A DNA stretch of 64,000 nucleotides from NCBI GenBank assembly GCA_039714155.1, contig JBDLJX010000001.1:65257-129256 (forward strand). The letters run 5' to 3'. The notes under the pieces were generated by a model. The model did not search any database. It saw nothing but the letters and a program-made list of their open reading frames with translations, and was not told the DNA's origin. Made by a program: the position numbers and the translations under genes. Source of the stretch: Pseudomonadota bacterium (GTDB lineage: Bacteria > Pseudomonadota > Gammaproteobacteria > UBA9214). Positions 38,016 through 52,002 of the stretch are shown here, in pieces (position 1 is the first letter of the stretch; every line of letters starts with the position of its first letter).

Positions 38016-38285
38016 CTATTCAACCACCTGGTAGAAAACCTCACCTTCCTTGACCATGCCCAGGTCCTCACGCGCATGTTCCTCGACGGCATCAAGGCCC
38101 TGTTTGAGATCCAGCACCTCGGCATTCAGGGCCGCGTTGCGTTCTCGCAGGCGCTCATTCTCCTCGCGCTGCACCTCCACGTTCTGGTACTGGTCCCAGA
38201 GATCCAGCAGGCCGCCATCGCCAAGCCACAGGGTCAATTGCAGCACCAGCAGCAGCAGCAACAGTCCGAGGAACAGGTTCTTCAT
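38016..38285 (-). CDS. ftsB: Cell division protein FtsB
   Basis: 89 aa with an N-terminal TM (LFLGLLLLLLVLQLTLW) and a coiled coil (..QREENERLRERNAALNAEVLDLK..). It sits upstream of ispD as in Pseudomonas and E. coli. Confidence 0.8.
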   Translation of the reverse strand: MKNLFLGLLLLLLVLQLTLWLGDGGLLDLWDQYQNVEVQREENERLRERNAALNAEVLDLKQGLDAVEEHAREDLGMVKEGEVFYQVVE

Positions 38286-38560
38286 GCTAGTGTGGTGTAA
38301 CGGATAACGTGTACGTATCAGCGAGACGAGAAGCCGTTAGCTGCAAGGCGCGTCTCGCAGGGAATGGCGTGCCCTTTACAAGAGACGCAACACCGCAGAT
38401 GACGGCTTCTCGTCTCGCCCGAAGGGAGGCCCACAAATGACCCAATACTGCGTTGCAGCCTTTGTTAAGGGAATAGCCATTAACTGCAGGCTGCGCCTTG
38501 TCCTGGGTCATTTGTGGGCCTCTGATATGTGCACGTTATCCGTTACACCGCACTAGTGCC
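38286..38560. repeat. About 270-bp element made of nested inverted repeats (element E), MITE-like
   Basis: The outer 27-bp inverted repeat is TAGTGTGGTGTAACGGATAACGTGTAC (38289-38315) against GTGCACGTTATCCGTTACACCGCACTA (38529-38556). Inside are further perfect stems: CAGCGAGACGAGAAGCCGT with ACGGCTTCTCGTCTCGC, and GGCCCACAAATGACCCAA with TTGGGTCATTTGTGGGCC. The element starts 3-4 nt from the ftsB start codon. Confidence 0.6.
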
Positions 38561-38581
38561 CGCCCCGGCAGTCAATCTAGC

Positions 38582-38740
38582 CCGCACTTCTCACCGCGGG
38601 GCGAGATGATCGCGAAGAGATTTGGATTCACAGCGGATTTTCTGAAGAAGCGGAATACGGACTGTATTTCCGACTGAAGAAAATGCGCTGTGGATTCAAA
38701 GATCAAGCGAGGGCTCGTCATCGTGGTGAGAAATGCGGGC
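38582..38740. repeat. REP family A copy 2, split by an about 100-bp palindromic insertion
   Basis: 38582-38608 CCCGCACTTCTCACCGCGGGGCGAG and 38709-38740 CGAGGGCTCGTCATCGTGGTGAGAAATGCGGG together equal the reverse complement of copy 1 (17082-17134). The 100-nt insert between them (38609-38708) has its own imperfect terminal inverted repeats (TGGATTCACAGCGGATTTTC / GAAAATGCGCTGTGGATTCA). Confidence 0.65.
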
Positions 38741-38775
38741 TAGAGGCATGTGCGTCAAGGCAGCCGTCATCCGGA

Positions 38776-40071
<1,296 letters not shown>

Positions 40072-40137
40072 TTAGTTATCGTTAATTTCTACATCAATAT
40101 CTGAATAACCGGACAACCGCGGATTAGCGGGGAGAAC

Positions 40138-40251
40138 CCAAGTCAGCCGTCCGGGTTATCCGTGGGTGTCGGCAGCAGGGACGCTGCCGTCAAGCCTGCA
40201 GGGACGGATTCACGGCGTCCCACGGATAGTCCGGTCGGCTAACCAATGAAC
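40138..40251. repeat. Family C structured element, copy 2
   Basis: About 95% identical over an 85-nt core to 35577-35694 (ATCCGTGGGTGTCGGCAGCAGGGACGCTGCCGTCAAGCCT.CAGGGACG....ACGGCGTCCCACGGAT). The flanks diverge but both can pair. It sits in the kdsA-eno spacer. Confidence 0.6.
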
Positions 40252-40281
40252 GCACGGGTAATAAACCGGAAGTCCCACTGA

Positions 40282-41121
40282 CTACTGCATCAATTCCGTT
40301 TCCGGGAACGGCTGTGATTTGACCGTGCTGTCAATCTGTTTGAGTATCTCCAGCAGTTCCCGCATGCGCGACAACGGCCAGGCATTGGGACCATCACTCA
40401 GGGCCTTTTCCGGTTCGGGATGGGATTCCATGAACAGACCGGAGATACCCACTGCCATGGCGGCCCGCGCCAGCACCGGCACAAACTCGCGCTGGCCACC
40501 GGAACAGCTACCCTGCCCGCCCGGCAGTTGCACGGAATGGGTGCCATCAAACACGACCGGCACATTGCAGTCACGCATGACGGCCAGTGAACGCATGTCG
40601 GACACCAGGTTGTTATAACCGAATGATGCGCCGCGCTCACAAACCATGATCTGTTGATTACCGGTTGCGAGTGCCTTGTCGGCAACGTTCTTCATGTCCC
40701 ACGGTGACAGGAACTGGCCCTTCTTGATATTCACCGGTTTTCCCTGGCGCGCGACATTCTGGATAAAATTGGTCTGTCGGCACAGAAACGCGGGGGTCTG
40801 CAGGACATCGACAACCGCAGCGACTTCTTCCAGCGGCGTATCTTCATGCACATCGGTCAGCACCGGTACACTCAGCTGGTCTTTCACCATTTGCAGAATA
40901 CGCAAACCCTCCTCCAACCCCGGGCCGCGGAAACTCGCATGCGAGGAGCGGTTGGCCTTGTCGAAGGATGACTTGTAGATAAACGGAATCTGCAACGACG
41001 CCGTAAGTTCCTGCAGCTGGCCAGCGGTATCAATCGCGAGCGCCTCGCTTTCGATTACGCAGGGACCCGCAATCAAAAAGAAAGGCTGGTCAAGGCCGGC
41101 CTCGAAACCACACAATTCCAC
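40282..41121 (-). CDS. kdsA: 3-deoxy-8-phosphooctulonate (KDO-8-P) synthase
   Basis: 279 aa with ..[11 protein letters not shown].. and ..[11 protein letters not shown].. signatures. It lies between pyrG and eno as in Pseudomonas. Confidence 0.9.
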   Translation of the reverse strand: MELCGFEAGLDQPFFLIAGPCVIESEALAIDTAGQLQELTASLQIPFIYKSSFDKANRSSHASFRGPGLEEGLRILQMVKDQLSVPVLTDVHEDTPLEEVAAVVDVLQTPAFLCRQTNFIQNVARQGKPVNIKKGQFLSPWDMKNVADKALATGNQQIMVCERGASFGYNNLVSDMRSLAVMRDCNVPVVFDGTHSVQLPGGQGSCSGGQREFVPVLARAAMAVGISGLFMESHPEPEKALSDGPNAWPLSRMRELLEILKQIDSTVKSQPFPETELMQ

Positions 41122-41152
41122 GTTACTTTACTCCTTGTGAGCCAGGTTACAC

Positions 41153-42880
<1,728 letters not shown>

Positions 42881-42929
42881 TCAGGCCGTACACCACAATT
42901 CTTTCGGCTGCCGGAACGGCCTGCTTGCG

Positions 42930-44270
42930 TCAATTCGGCTGGTCGGGCTGCCGGTGCCAGTGAATGGCCATACCGGGCTCGCCGGCAGCGGCACTGAATG
43001 GCTCGCAGACCCAGTGCCCGGCAACCGCGGCCAGCCGGTCATCGACATAGATCAGCGGGATACGCTGCCGTTCCCAGGGTGGCACCCCCCGCTCCTGGAA
43101 CAGCTTTTTCAGGCTGTGGTGATGTTGCCGCCCTGCCGGCCGGCAACGTTCGCCGCCACGCCGGTAACTGACACGCACCTGCCGGTTGATGGCCGCCAGC
43201 CGGATGCCGTTACCGGACTCGCGGCTCGCGGTCAGGCTGCCACCGGCGGCCGGCAACAACAGCGGTCCCCGCAGGTCCCAGTCCAGCACCATCGCCGGGT
43301 TGTGGACCGGGGCCTGCCGCTGCAGGTAGAGCCGGTCCCGGTAACGCCGCACTTCCTGCGCGGCAAAACGTACACAGGGTTCCGCATCAGCACGGCTGCC
43401 GAGAATATCGTTGCTGATGCGGGACAGCACCGCGGCCGACGGCGCCCCGCCACTGTGTTGTACCAGCCAGCTGCGCAGGACGTTGCGCTGTCGCGCCGGC
43501 GTCAGCTGCTGCAACGCGGGAATTGACAGGCAAGCCATCTGCTCATGGCAAACATCATTAATATCACTGTCAGCCAACTGGCCGAGCAAGGTGGCCGCTT
43601 CGGCGCAATGAGCGGCACTGCGTGCCAGCGTCTCACTCGTGGCCGGCCAGCGTTCCCGCAGCACCGGCAGGATACGGTGGCGCAGGAAATTCCGATCCAG
43701 CCCGGTGTCGGTATTGCTCGGGTCCTCGACCCACTGCAGGCCGTGCTGCTGCGCATAGGCCAGTAAATCGACACGCCTGACAGCCAGCAGGGGCCGCAAC
43801 AGGTGGCCAGCGCCAAATGTGCTCGCCGCCGGCATGGCAGCCAGTCCCTTAACGCCACTGCCACGCAGCAACTGCAGTAACAGGGTCTCGGCCTGGTCAT
43901 CCTGGTGCTGCGCCGTCAACAGGCAATGACCGTCCGGCAGCCAGTCCTGCAGCGCGCTGTAACGTGCCTGCCTGGCTGCCGCCTCGGGGCTTTCGCCACC
44001 GACCGCACGCCCGTCCACCTGCAATTCGACCAGTGGCACCGCCAGTGCCCGGCAAACCGAGCGACAATGTTCCTGCCACTTTCCGGCTGCCGCCTGCAGG
44101 CCATGATTGACATGCACCGCACCAGGCGCTGCGGCAAGCGAGTCTCGCAGGGCCGTCAGCGCATGCAGCAAGACGTGGGAATCAACACCACCACTGTAGG
44201 CCACCCAGTAGTGTGTATCAGCCGGACCGGTCGATAATGCGTGCTTGAGAGTGGCGGGAGAAAAATCCAT
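42930..44270 (-). CDS. tilS: tRNA(Ile)-lysidine synthetase
   Basis: 446 aa with a PP-loop SGGVDS near the N-terminus and a TilS C-terminal domain. Confidence 0.85.
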   Translation of the reverse strand: MDFSPATLKHALSTGPADTHYWVAYSGGVDSHVLLHALTALRDSLAAAPGAVHVNHGLQAAAGKWQEHCRSVCRALAVPLVELQVDGRAVGGESPEAAARQARYSALQDWLPDGHCLLTAQHQDDQAETLLLQLLRGSGVKGLAAMPAASTFGAGHLLRPLLAVRRVDLLAYAQQHGLQWVEDPSNTDTGLDRNFLRHRILPVLRERWPATSETLARSAAHCAEAATLLGQLADSDINDVCHEQMACLSIPALQQLTPARQRNVLRSWLVQHSGGAPSAAVLSRISNDILGSRADAEPCVRFAAQEVRRYRDRLYLQRQAPVHNPAMVLDWDLRGPLLLPAAGGSLTASRESGNGIRLAAINRQVRVSYRRGGERCRPAGRQHHHSLKKLFQERGVPPWERQRIPLIYVDDRLAAVAGHWVCEPFSAAAGEPGMAIHWHRQPDQPN

Positions 44271-44312
44271 CGGTCTGCAGAACGGCTGCCGGTCATAACC
44301 GGCATGGGTCGG

Positions 44313-45272
44313 CTATTGCTCGGTGAACTCGCCATAGGCCATCAGGCGCTGGTAACGTTTCTCGATCAACTCATCCAACCCGTCTTTTGACAGTGCAGCC
44401 AGTTCCTCGACCAGCGCCTTGCGCAGCCTCTCGGCCATGGTGTCGATATCACGGTGCGCACCGCCGAGCGGTTCATTGATGATCCGGTCGATCAGGCCGA
44501 GTTCCCGCAGGCGACTGGAGGTAATACCCAGCGCCTCGGCGGCCTCCTCCGCCTTTTCGGCGCTCTTCCAGAGAATCGAGGCACAGCCTTCCGGTGAAAT
44601 GACCGAGTAGGTGCTGTACTGCAGCATCAGGGTGCGATCACCAACACCGATGGCAAGCGCGCCACCGGAACCGCCCTCCCCAATTACGGTACAGATAATC
44701 GGGGTATGCAACTGCGACATGGCAAACAGGTTCTTCGCAATCGCCTCACTCTGGCCACGTTCCTCGGCACCGATTCCCGGATAGGCACCCGGGGTATCGA
44801 TAAAGGTCAGCAGCGGCAGCTTGAAGCGCTCCGCCATCTGCATCAGGCGCAGTGCCTTGCGATAGCCCTCCGGCCTCGCCATACCAAAGTTGCGATGCAA
44901 CTTCTCCCTGGTGTCACGCCCCTTCTGTTGACCGATCACCATGACCGGCATGTCCTCCAGACGACCGATGCCGCCGATGATGGCGTGGTCGTCGGCGTAG
45001 CAGCGGTCACCGTGCAATTCCTGGAACCCGGTAAAGATCCTGACCACATATTCCATCATGTAGGGTCGTTGCGGGTGGCGCGCCAGCTGGGAAATCTGCC
45101 ACGATGTCAGGTTCGAAAAAATGGTCTCGGTCAGCGCCCGGCTCTTGGCCTCAAGCTTGGTGACTTCGTCACTGATGTTGACATCGGCATCATCGCCGAT
45201 ATAACGCAGCTCGTCGATCTTGGCTTCAAGTTCGGCGATCGGCTGTTCGAAATCCAGGAAGTTCAGGTTCAT
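44313..45272 (-). CDS. accA: Acetyl-CoA carboxylase carboxyltransferase subunit alpha
   Basis: 319 aa starting [23 protein letters not shown].. with a crotonase-like fold. It is adjacent to dnaE as in E. coli. Confidence 0.9.
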   Translation of the reverse strand: MNLNFLDFEQPIAELEAKIDELRYIGDDADVNISDEVTKLEAKSRALTETIFSNLTSWQISQLARHPQRPYMMEYVVRIFTGFQELHGDRCYADDHAIIGGIGRLEDMPVMVIGQQKGRDTREKLHRNFGMARPEGYRKALRLMQMAERFKLPLLTFIDTPGAYPGIGAEERGQSEAIAKNLFAMSQLHTPIICTVIGEGGSGGALAIGVGDRTLMLQYSTYSVISPEGCASILWKSAEKAEEAAEALGITSSRLRELGLIDRIINEPLGGAHRDIDTMAERLRKALVEELAALSKDGLDELIEKRYQRLMAYGEFTEQ

Positions 45273-45349
45273 TCAGTTATCCAGGTATTGTCTGTAATTC
45301 AGTATACCGGCAGAGAGTCGGCAGGGTGTTGATTATGCAGTTACGAACG

Positions 45350-48300
45350 CTAAGTATATTCGACGGCCACCCGCTCTTCACCTGCCAGTTCCTGCAGGCG
45401 GTGCAGCAATTCATCCGTGGGATGCACGCTCCAGTCATCACCAAGCGCGACCCGCGCATCGGCATCGCCACCATGGTAGTCGATACAGACACGGCATTGC
45501 CCTTCCCTGAACGGTTGCAGAACCTCGGCCAGTGACCGCATGAAGCCATTCCGCGCCTGCCCCGATTCTACACCGACAACAACGCGACGCGCGTAGTTCT
45601 CACGCGCCTGGTTGATATCGTAGATCGCCTGTGCGGTTACCTGCAGGCGGCCCGAGTAGTCATCCATACCGATCACACCCTGGATTACCAGCAGTTTGTC
45701 CTTGCCCAGCATGGCCTGGTACTTGTCAAACACATCGGAAAAAATGCGCACATCGATACGTGCCGTGTGATCGTCCATGCTCAGGAAGGCAATCTTGCCA
45801 CCACGCTGGGTTTTGCGCACCCGCATGGTCATGACCAGCCCGGCAATGGCGACCTGCCGTTCACCCGCCTCGGGACGGCCGGCCGGGTTATCGCCATTCG
45901 CGCTTACCAGGCTGGCGAGTCTGCCACTGGTGATATTTTCCAGTTCGCGCACATATCGGCTAATCGGGTGACCGGTCAGGTACAGGCCAAGCGTTTCCTT
46001 TTCGCCCAGCAGCTTCTGTTCTTCACCCCATTCAGGTACTACCTGCTTCTCTAACGGCACAATACTTTCCTGCCGGGTTTCACCAAACAGGTCGTCCTGG
46101 CCGGTGTCCTGGTTGCGCGCCGACTGCATTGCCATCTGCAACGCCATCGGCAGATTGGCGATCTGCGCAGCACGGGTATCACCCATGGAGTCAAGCGCAC
46201 CGGCACGGATCAGTGAATCAAAAACCCGGCGGTTGAGCTTGCGAGTATCGACCCGCTGGCAGAAATCGAACAGGTCGGTATAGCGCCCATGTTCGTGACG
46301 TTCCTGCAGGATGCATTCAATCGCCGACTGCCCGACACCCTTGATGGCGCCAAGCCCGTAAAGAATGATGTCATCCGACTGCACGGTAAAATAATAGTCC
46401 GACGTATTTACATCCGGTGGCACTACTTTCAGTTTCATGTCCCGGCATTCAGCAATCAGCAACACGATCTTGTCGGTGTTGTCCATGTCAGTCGACAGCA
46501 CCGCCGCCATGAACGCCGCCGGGTAATGCGCCTTCAGCCAGGCGGTCTGGTAGGAAATCAGCGCATAGGCGGCCGAGTGGCTCTTGTTAAAACCGTAACC
46601 GGCAAACTTCTCCATCAGATCAAAAATACCACTGGCAACAGCTTCGTCGACGCCTCGCGCCAGTGCACCTTCGAGGAAAATGGTGCGCTGCTTGGCCATT
46701 TCCTCGGGTTTTTTCTTACCCATGGCACGGCGCAGCAGGTCGGCTCCACCAAGCGTGTAGCCGGCCAGCAACTGGGCGATCTGCATGACCTGTTCCTGGT
46801 AGAGAATCACGCCGTAGGTGGGTTTGAGTATCGGCTCGAGATCCGGGTGCGGATACTTGACTGTCGCCATACCGTGCTTGCGCTTGATGAAGTCATCGAC
46901 CATGCCCGACTGCAACGGGCCGGGCCGGAACAGTGCCACCAGTGCAACAATATCCTCGAAACTGTCCGGTTGCAGGCGCCGGATCAGGTCTTTCATGCCG
47001 GTGGATTCGAGCTGGAACACCGCCGTGGTGCCGCAGGCCTTGAGCAAGCTGAAGGCCGCCTTGTCAGTCAGCGGAATGCCCTCGATATCAATGACCGGCT
47101 CACCGGCATTGGCACGCAGCGCATTAATGGTTTGCAAGGCACGGTCAATAATCGTCAGGGTGCGCAGACCGAGGAAATCAAACTTCACCAGCCCGACGGC
47201 CTCGACATCATCCTTGTCATACTGGCTGACAATGGCGTCACCACCCTGTTCGCAATACAGTGGTGTGAAGTCGGTCAGGCGTGAAGGCGCGATCACGACA
47301 CCACCGGCATGCTTGCCGGCATTTCGTGACAAACCCTCCAGTGATTGCGCAAGATCGATAACCGTGCGCACATCCTCGTCGGCATCGTACAACTCCGCCA
47401 GTGCCGGCTCCTGGTCCAGCGCCTTGTCCAGTGTTATGCCGATTTCGAATGGAATCAGCCTGGCAATGCGATCGACAAAGCCGTACGGATGTCCGAGTAC
47501 ACGGCCAACATCCCTGACTACTGCCTTGGCCGCCATCGAACCATAGGTAATGATCTGTGAAACACGATCCCGGCCATAACGCCCGGCGACGTAATCAATG
47601 ACACGGTCACGCCCCTCCATGCAGAAGTCAACATCGAAATCCGGCATGGAAACACGTTCGGGATTGAGGAAGCGTTCAAACAGCAGGTCATAACGGATCG
47701 GATCAAGATCGGTGATCGTCAGCGCATAGGCCACCAGCGAGCCGGCGCCGGAACCACGGCCGGGACCTACCGGCACACCGTTCTGCTTGGCCCATTTGAT
47801 GAAGTCGGCAACGATAAGGAAATAACCCGGGAAACCCATGGACACGATGACCTGGACCTCTGTTTCCAGCCGGTCGAGGTATTGCTGACGTAGCGTACCG
47901 TCCTTGTCCGCAGCAGGCATCAGAATCTTCTGCAGACGCAGTTCCAGCCCTTCCCTGGCCTGGCGCCTGAAATATTCGTCCAGTGTAAGGTCAGCCGGTA
48001 CTGGAAAATCCGGCAGGTAATTCTTGCCCAGTTCAACCTCGAGATTGCAGCGGCGGGCAATGGCAACCGTATTCTCCAGCGCTTCCGGTATATCGCTGAA
48101 CAGTTCCGCCATTTCTTCCGGTGACTTGATGTATTGCTGTTCCGAGAATGCATGGCTGCGGCGGGAGTCATTCAGTACACGGCCCTCGTTGATACAGACG
48201 CGTGCTTCGTGGGCTTCGTAATCTGACGCCGCAATGAAATGCACATCATTGGTGGCCACCACTGGTAACGCAGTTTCGGTGGCCAGTGCCACGGCACGGT

Positions 48301-48844
48301 GCAGGTATTCTTCATCCCCTGCCCGCCCGGTACGCTGCAACTCCAGATAAAAACTGTCAGGGAAAAGTTTCTGCCAGTGCTGCAGCAATATATGTGCGCG
48401 GTCCGGCTTGTTCACCAGCAGTGCCTGGCCGACATCACCTGCCCGCCCGCCGGACAATGCAATCAGTCCATCCGTACAACCTTCAAGCCAGGCCTTTTCC
48501 AGTACCGGCAGACCGGCATGCTGACCCTCGGTGTACGTGCGCGACACCAGCCGGGACAGGTTCAGATAACCTGTACGGTTCTTGCACAACAGCACAATGC
48601 GTGTCGGTTGCTCCTTGCTGTCGCCATCCGCAACCCACAGGTCGACCCCGATAATCGGTTTCAAGCCGGCCGACATTGCAGCCCGGTAAAACTTGACCAT
48701 GGCGAACAGGTTGCCCTGATCGGTTACTGCAACCGCCGGCATGCCCGAATCGGCTGACTTTCTGACCAGCGCCGGTATCCGGACCGTGCCGTTGGCGAGT
48801 GAATATTCAGTGTGGACGTGGAGATGGATGAAGGTCGATGACAT
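45350..48844 (-). CDS. dnaE: DNA polymerase III alpha subunit
   Basis: 1164 aa with an N-terminal PHP domain (FIHLHVHTEYS), a polymerase core and an OB fold. Confidence 0.95.
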   Translation of the reverse strand: MSSTFIHLHVHTEYSLANGTVRIPALVRKSADSGMPAVAVTDQGNLFAMVKFYRAAMSAGLKPIIGVDLWVADGDSKEQPTRIVLLCKNRTGYLNLSRLVSRTYTEGQHAGLPVLEKAWLEGCTDGLIALSGGRAGDVGQALLVNKPDRAHILLQHWQKLFPDSFYLELQRTGRAGDEEYLHRAVALATETALPVVATNDVHFIAASDYEAHEARVCINEGRVLNDSRRSHAFSEQQYIKSPEEMAELFSDIPEALENTVAIARRCNLEVELGKNYLPDFPVPADLTLDEYFRRQAREGLELRLQKILMPAADKDGTLRQQYLDRLETEVQVIVSMGFPGYFLIVADFIKWAKQNGVPVGPGRGSGAGSLVAYALTITDLDPIRYDLLFERFLNPERVSMPDFDVDFCMEGRDRVIDYVAGRYGRDRVSQIITYGSMAAKAVVRDVGRVLGHPYGFVDRIARLIPFEIGITLDKALDQEPALAELYDADEDVRTVIDLAQSLEGLSRNAGKHAGGVVIAPSRLTDFTPLYCEQGGDAIVSQYDKDDVEAVGLVKFDFLGLRTLTIIDRALQTINALRANAGEPVIDIEGIPLTDKAAFSLLKACGTTAVFQLESTGMKDLIRRLQPDSFEDIVALVALFRPGPLQSGMVDDFIKRKHGMATVKYPHPDLEPILKPTYGVILYQEQVMQIAQLLAGYTLGGADLLRRAMGKKKPEEMAKQRTIFLEGALARGVDEAVASGIFDLMEKFAGYGFNKSHSAAYALISYQTAWLKAHYPAAFMAAVLSTDMDNTDKIVLLIAECRDMKLKVVPPDVNTSDYYFTVQSDDIILYGLGAIKGVGQSAIECILQERHEHGRYTDLFDFCQRVDTRKLNRRVFDSLIRAGALDSMGDTRAAQIANLPMALQMAMQSARNQDTGQDDLFGETRQESIVPLEKQVVPEWGEEQKLLGEKETLGLYLTGHPISRYVRELENITSGRLASLVSANGDNPAGRPEAGERQVAIAGLVMTMRVRKTQRGGKIAFLSMDDHTARIDVRIFSDVFDKYQAMLGKDKLLVIQGVIGMDDYSGRLQVTAQAIYDINQARENYARRVVVGVESGQARNGFMRSLAEVLQPFREGQCRVCIDYHGGDADARVALGDDWSVHPTDELLHRLQELAGEERVAVEYT

Positions 48845-49143
48845 GCAAAAAGTGTCCGTGTTTATGAACTGCGTTTCAAGTCCGGGGCCATACCTAGGAT
48901 ATTTCTTGATTGTTTTTGTATATATCTGTTTTTACTGATTAATTATTTTTTAATGGCCCTGCCAGTCAGGGCAGCCGGACGGGCCATGGGTTGGCGCAGG
49001 CAGCCTGCCCGGCAAGCACCCCGGTGCCGGTGCAAAAAACTGCCGATCAGGACCGGATCCAGGATCTAAATATTATGCTGCGATTGTCGATATAAAAATG
49101 ACATTACGTACTTCAGGTATCACTGTCAGGAAGACACACTGGA

Positions 49144-50226
49144 TTGAACATGCAAAGTCGTACTTCCTCCGTATTCGAGGAAGAAGAATTAAAAGGTTTC
49201 TCACGCAGCATGGCCGAATTACAGTGGCTGTTGCTGATTCTTGCCGTTCTGTATTTCTTCATCCCGACCCGCCCGATCAACAACACCGACACAGTGATCA
49301 TCACCATGATCAGCTATGCCGGTTTCATCATGGCATTCCGTTATATGAATTTCCATGCCAGGGAAACCCGCTGGAAACTGGCGATAGAAACCTGGGTCAT
49401 GATTGCATTCATTACCCTGATTATCTGGCATACCGGGCTGGTGGAAAGCCCGTTGCTTAACCTTTACCTGCTGGTCATCATTGCATGCGCCATTACCCTC
49501 GGCAAGGTCATGACCATACTCGAGGTTGTACTGATCGCCGTCTGCTACCTGTACATGGGATTCGAAACCTTTGCCGCCGACATATTTGCGCCGGCAACCT
49601 TCACCATCCTGATGGCAAAGTTCTCACCGTTCCTGCTGGTTGCCTATGTCACTTCCATGCTGGCCTCGGACATTCTGTTTGCCAAGAAAAAAACCACCAT
49701 CCTCTCGCAGACGGATGAACTGACCGGGCTATTGAACATGCGTGCTTTCAGTACAATCCTGGACAAGGAGATCGCAGCGGCTGCACGTTATAACAACCCG
49801 TTCACCATTGTCATGATCGACGTGGACGGCCTGAAAGATGTCAATGACCGCTTCGGGCATACCACCGGCAGCCGGCTGGTAAAAGTGGTTGCCAACGCCA
49901 TCAAGAACAGCGTCAGGAACTCCGATGTCCTGGCACGCTTTGGCGGCGACGAATTTATTGCCCTGATGACACATACCACCACCGAGCATGCGCGCTACGC
50001 AGCCGAGCGTATCCGTGCCGCCATCGACAACAGCTCGTTCGACACGGACGGCCACCGCGTTGCGGCTACCGTCAGCATCGGTATTGCCAGCTTCCCGGAC
50101 TGTGTTGATGAAGCGAACAAGGTACTGGACAAGGCCGACGTCGCGCTCTACAAGAGCAAGAACACCGGCCGCAATCGTGTCACCTACTACGACGCCAGCC
50201 TTGAAGCCAGCCAGGTCTATGCCTGA
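49144..50226 (+). CDS. Membrane-anchored diguanylate cyclase (GGDEF domain)
   Basis: 360 aa with about six N-terminal TMs followed by a GGDEF domain with an intact active site ..RFGGDEFIAL... A candidate I-site (RxxD) is upstream. The promoter region (48845-49143) is AT-rich and shared with dnaE. Confidence 0.8.
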   Translation: MNMQSRTSSVFEEEELKGFSRSMAELQWLLLILAVLYFFIPTRPINNTDTVIITMISYAGFIMAFRYMNFHARETRWKLAIETWVMIAFITLIIWHTGLVESPLLNLYLLVIIACAITLGKVMTILEVVLIAVCYLYMGFETFAADIFAPATFTILMAKFSPFLLVAYVTSMLASDILFAKKKTTILSQTDELTGLLNMRAFSTILDKEIAAAARYNNPFTIVMIDVDGLKDVNDRFGHTTGSRLVKVVANAIKNSVRNSDVLARFGGDEFIALMTHTTTEHARYAAERIRAAIDNSSFDTDGHRVAATVSIGIASFPDCVDEANKVLDKADVALYKSKNTGRNRVTYYDASLEASQVYA

Positions 50227-50243
50227 GCTTCTTTTTTGCCCGG

Positions 50244-50840
50244 CTACTGCCCTTGCAGTAATTTTCTGACCGGCGCATACGAGCGCCGGTGTATTGCCGT
50301 TACACCGAGACGCTGCAGCGCCTCAAGATGTGCGCGACTCGGATAGCCCTTGTGCTGCGCGAGACCATAACCCGGATATTCTGCATCCATTACCAGCATC
50401 TCCCGGTCACGCGTGACCTTGGCAATGATCGATGCCGCACTGATAGCCGGCACCAGGCTGTCCCCCTTGATAATCGCGTCTGCCGGACAGGCCAGGGCCG
50501 GCAACCGGTTACCATCCACCATGGCATATTCTGCTGCCGGCAGCAGACCCGCTACTGCACGCTGCATGGCCAACAGGGTTGCCTGCAGGATATTCAGGCT
50601 GTCTATCTCCTCCACATCCGCTCGCCCGATCGACCACGCCAGCGCCTTGCCGGTGATTTCGCCATACAGCAGGTCACGCCGTTTCTGTGAAAGTTTTTTC
50701 GAATCCCCCAGCCCGGTAACCGGCATATCGGGATCCAGAATAACGGCACCAGCGACCACCGGCCCGGCCAGTGGTCCGCGTCCGGCCTCATCGACACCGG
50801 CAAGCATGCGGGTACCGGCCCTGCTATACCATTCGTCCAT
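50244..50840 (-). CDS. rnhB: Ribonuclease HII
   Basis: 198 aa with ..[16 protein letters not shown].. and the DEDD catalytic residues. It overlaps the lpxB end by 17 nt. Confidence 0.9.
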   Translation of the reverse strand: MDEWYSRAGTRMLAGVDEAGRGPLAGPVVAGAVILDPDMPVTGLGDSKKLSQKRRDLLYGEITGKALAWSIGRADVEEIDSLNILQATLLAMQRAVAGLLPAAEYAMVDGNRLPALACPADAIIKGDSLVPAISAASIIAKVTRDREMLVMDAEYPGYGLAQHKGYPSRAHLEALQRLGVTAIHRRSYAPVRKLLQGQ

Positions 50841-51996
50841 TCCGTCCTACCATATCCAGCACAATATCTGTAATCTGCCGGTTCGCATCACAGCGCAGCG
50901 ACTCGTGCAACCGGGAGAAGATTCCGGCGAGTTCATCAACCCGTTGTGGATTGTTGATTAATTTCATGATTTCCCTGCCGAGGATTGCCGGTGCCACTTC
51001 GCCCTGAATGACCTCACGCACCAGCGGCTCGCCGGACAGCAGGTTTGGCAATGAAAACCAGCGTGTCTTTACCAGCCGCTTTGCCAGCTGGTAACTGAGT
51101 GGTGACAGGCGGTAGGCAACCACCATCGGCCGCTTCAGCAGCATACACTCGAGCGTTGCCGTCCCGGACGCCAGCAAGGCAGCGTCGCAGGCCGCCAGGG
51201 CTTCCAGCGACTTGCCATTCAGCAGGGTCATCGGCAGCGTGCAACGCAATCGCCGCAGGCGCCGTTCAAAGACATCCCGGCAGGCAGCATTGACAAATGG
51301 CACGACAAAACCGGTATCGATTCTGCGTTCATAACACCATTTGGCCGCCCGGATGAACGGGCCTGCAAGCCGCCTGACCTCGTCCACCCGACTCCCCGGC
51401 AACAACGCCACCAGCTTGCCCCGGCCATCGATACCGAGATGCTGCCGCGCCAGCGCCGGGTCGACAGCATTTGCCAGCGTATCCGCCAGCGGGTGACCGA
51501 CATAACGCACCGGAATATTATGCCGGCGATAAAACTCTTCCTCGAAGGGATACAGGGTCAACATGCAGTCAACACTGTCGGCTATCTTGCGCAGCCGGTA
51601 ACGGCGCCAGGCCCAGACCGACGGACTGACATAGTGCATGGTCCTGATGCCCGCCCTTTTCAGATCCTTCTCCAGTGACAGGTTGAAATCAGGTGCATCG
51701 ACGCCAATAAAAATATCCGGCGGCGTTGCCAGAAAATGCCGGCGCAGGTCACTGCGGACAGATACCAGCCCTGGCAGATGCCTGACGACATTGGTCAGGC
51801 CCATAACGGACAGTTTCTCCATCGGGTAAAGACTGAAGCAACCGGCCTCGGTCATGCGTGGACCACCAATACCCTCAAACACGACGTCCGGCACCTGCTC
51901 CCGGATAGCCTGTATCAGGCCTGCACCCAGGCGGTCGCCCGAGGCCTCGCCCGCCACAATGCCAATATGAAGAGGATGACCGCTCATTACAGACAA
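50824..51996 (-). CDS. lpxB: Lipid-A-disaccharide synthase
   Basis: 390 aa with a GT-B fold and an N-terminal ..[11 protein letters not shown].. motif. Confidence 0.9.
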   Translation of the reverse strand: MSVMSGHPLHIGIVAGEASGDRLGAGLIQAIREQVPDVVFEGIGGPRMTEAGCFSLYPMEKLSVMGLTNVVRHLPGLVSVRSDLRRHFLATPPDIFIGVDAPDFNLSLEKDLKRAGIRTMHYVSPSVWAWRRYRLRKIADSVDCMLTLYPFEEEFYRRHNIPVRYVGHPLADTLANAVDPALARQHLGIDGRGKLVALLPGSRVDEVRRLAGPFIRAAKWCYERRIDTGFVVPFVNAACRDVFERRLRRLRCTLPMTLLNGKSLEALAACDAALLASGTATLECMLLKRPMVVAYRLSPLSYQLAKRLVKTRWFSLPNLLSGEPLVREVIQGEVAPAILGREIMKLINNPQRVDELAGIFSRLHESLRCDANRQITDIVLDMVGRNGRMV

Positions 51997-52002
51997 GCCC
52001 CG

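Noticed and set aside
38286-38560. Element E as a known structured RNA such as RNase P, tmRNA or 6S
   Set aside because: None of the conserved motifs of those RNAs are present. The near-perfect 17-27-bp stems are more typical of MITE or REP DNA than of functional RNA. It is kept as a finding with both options open.
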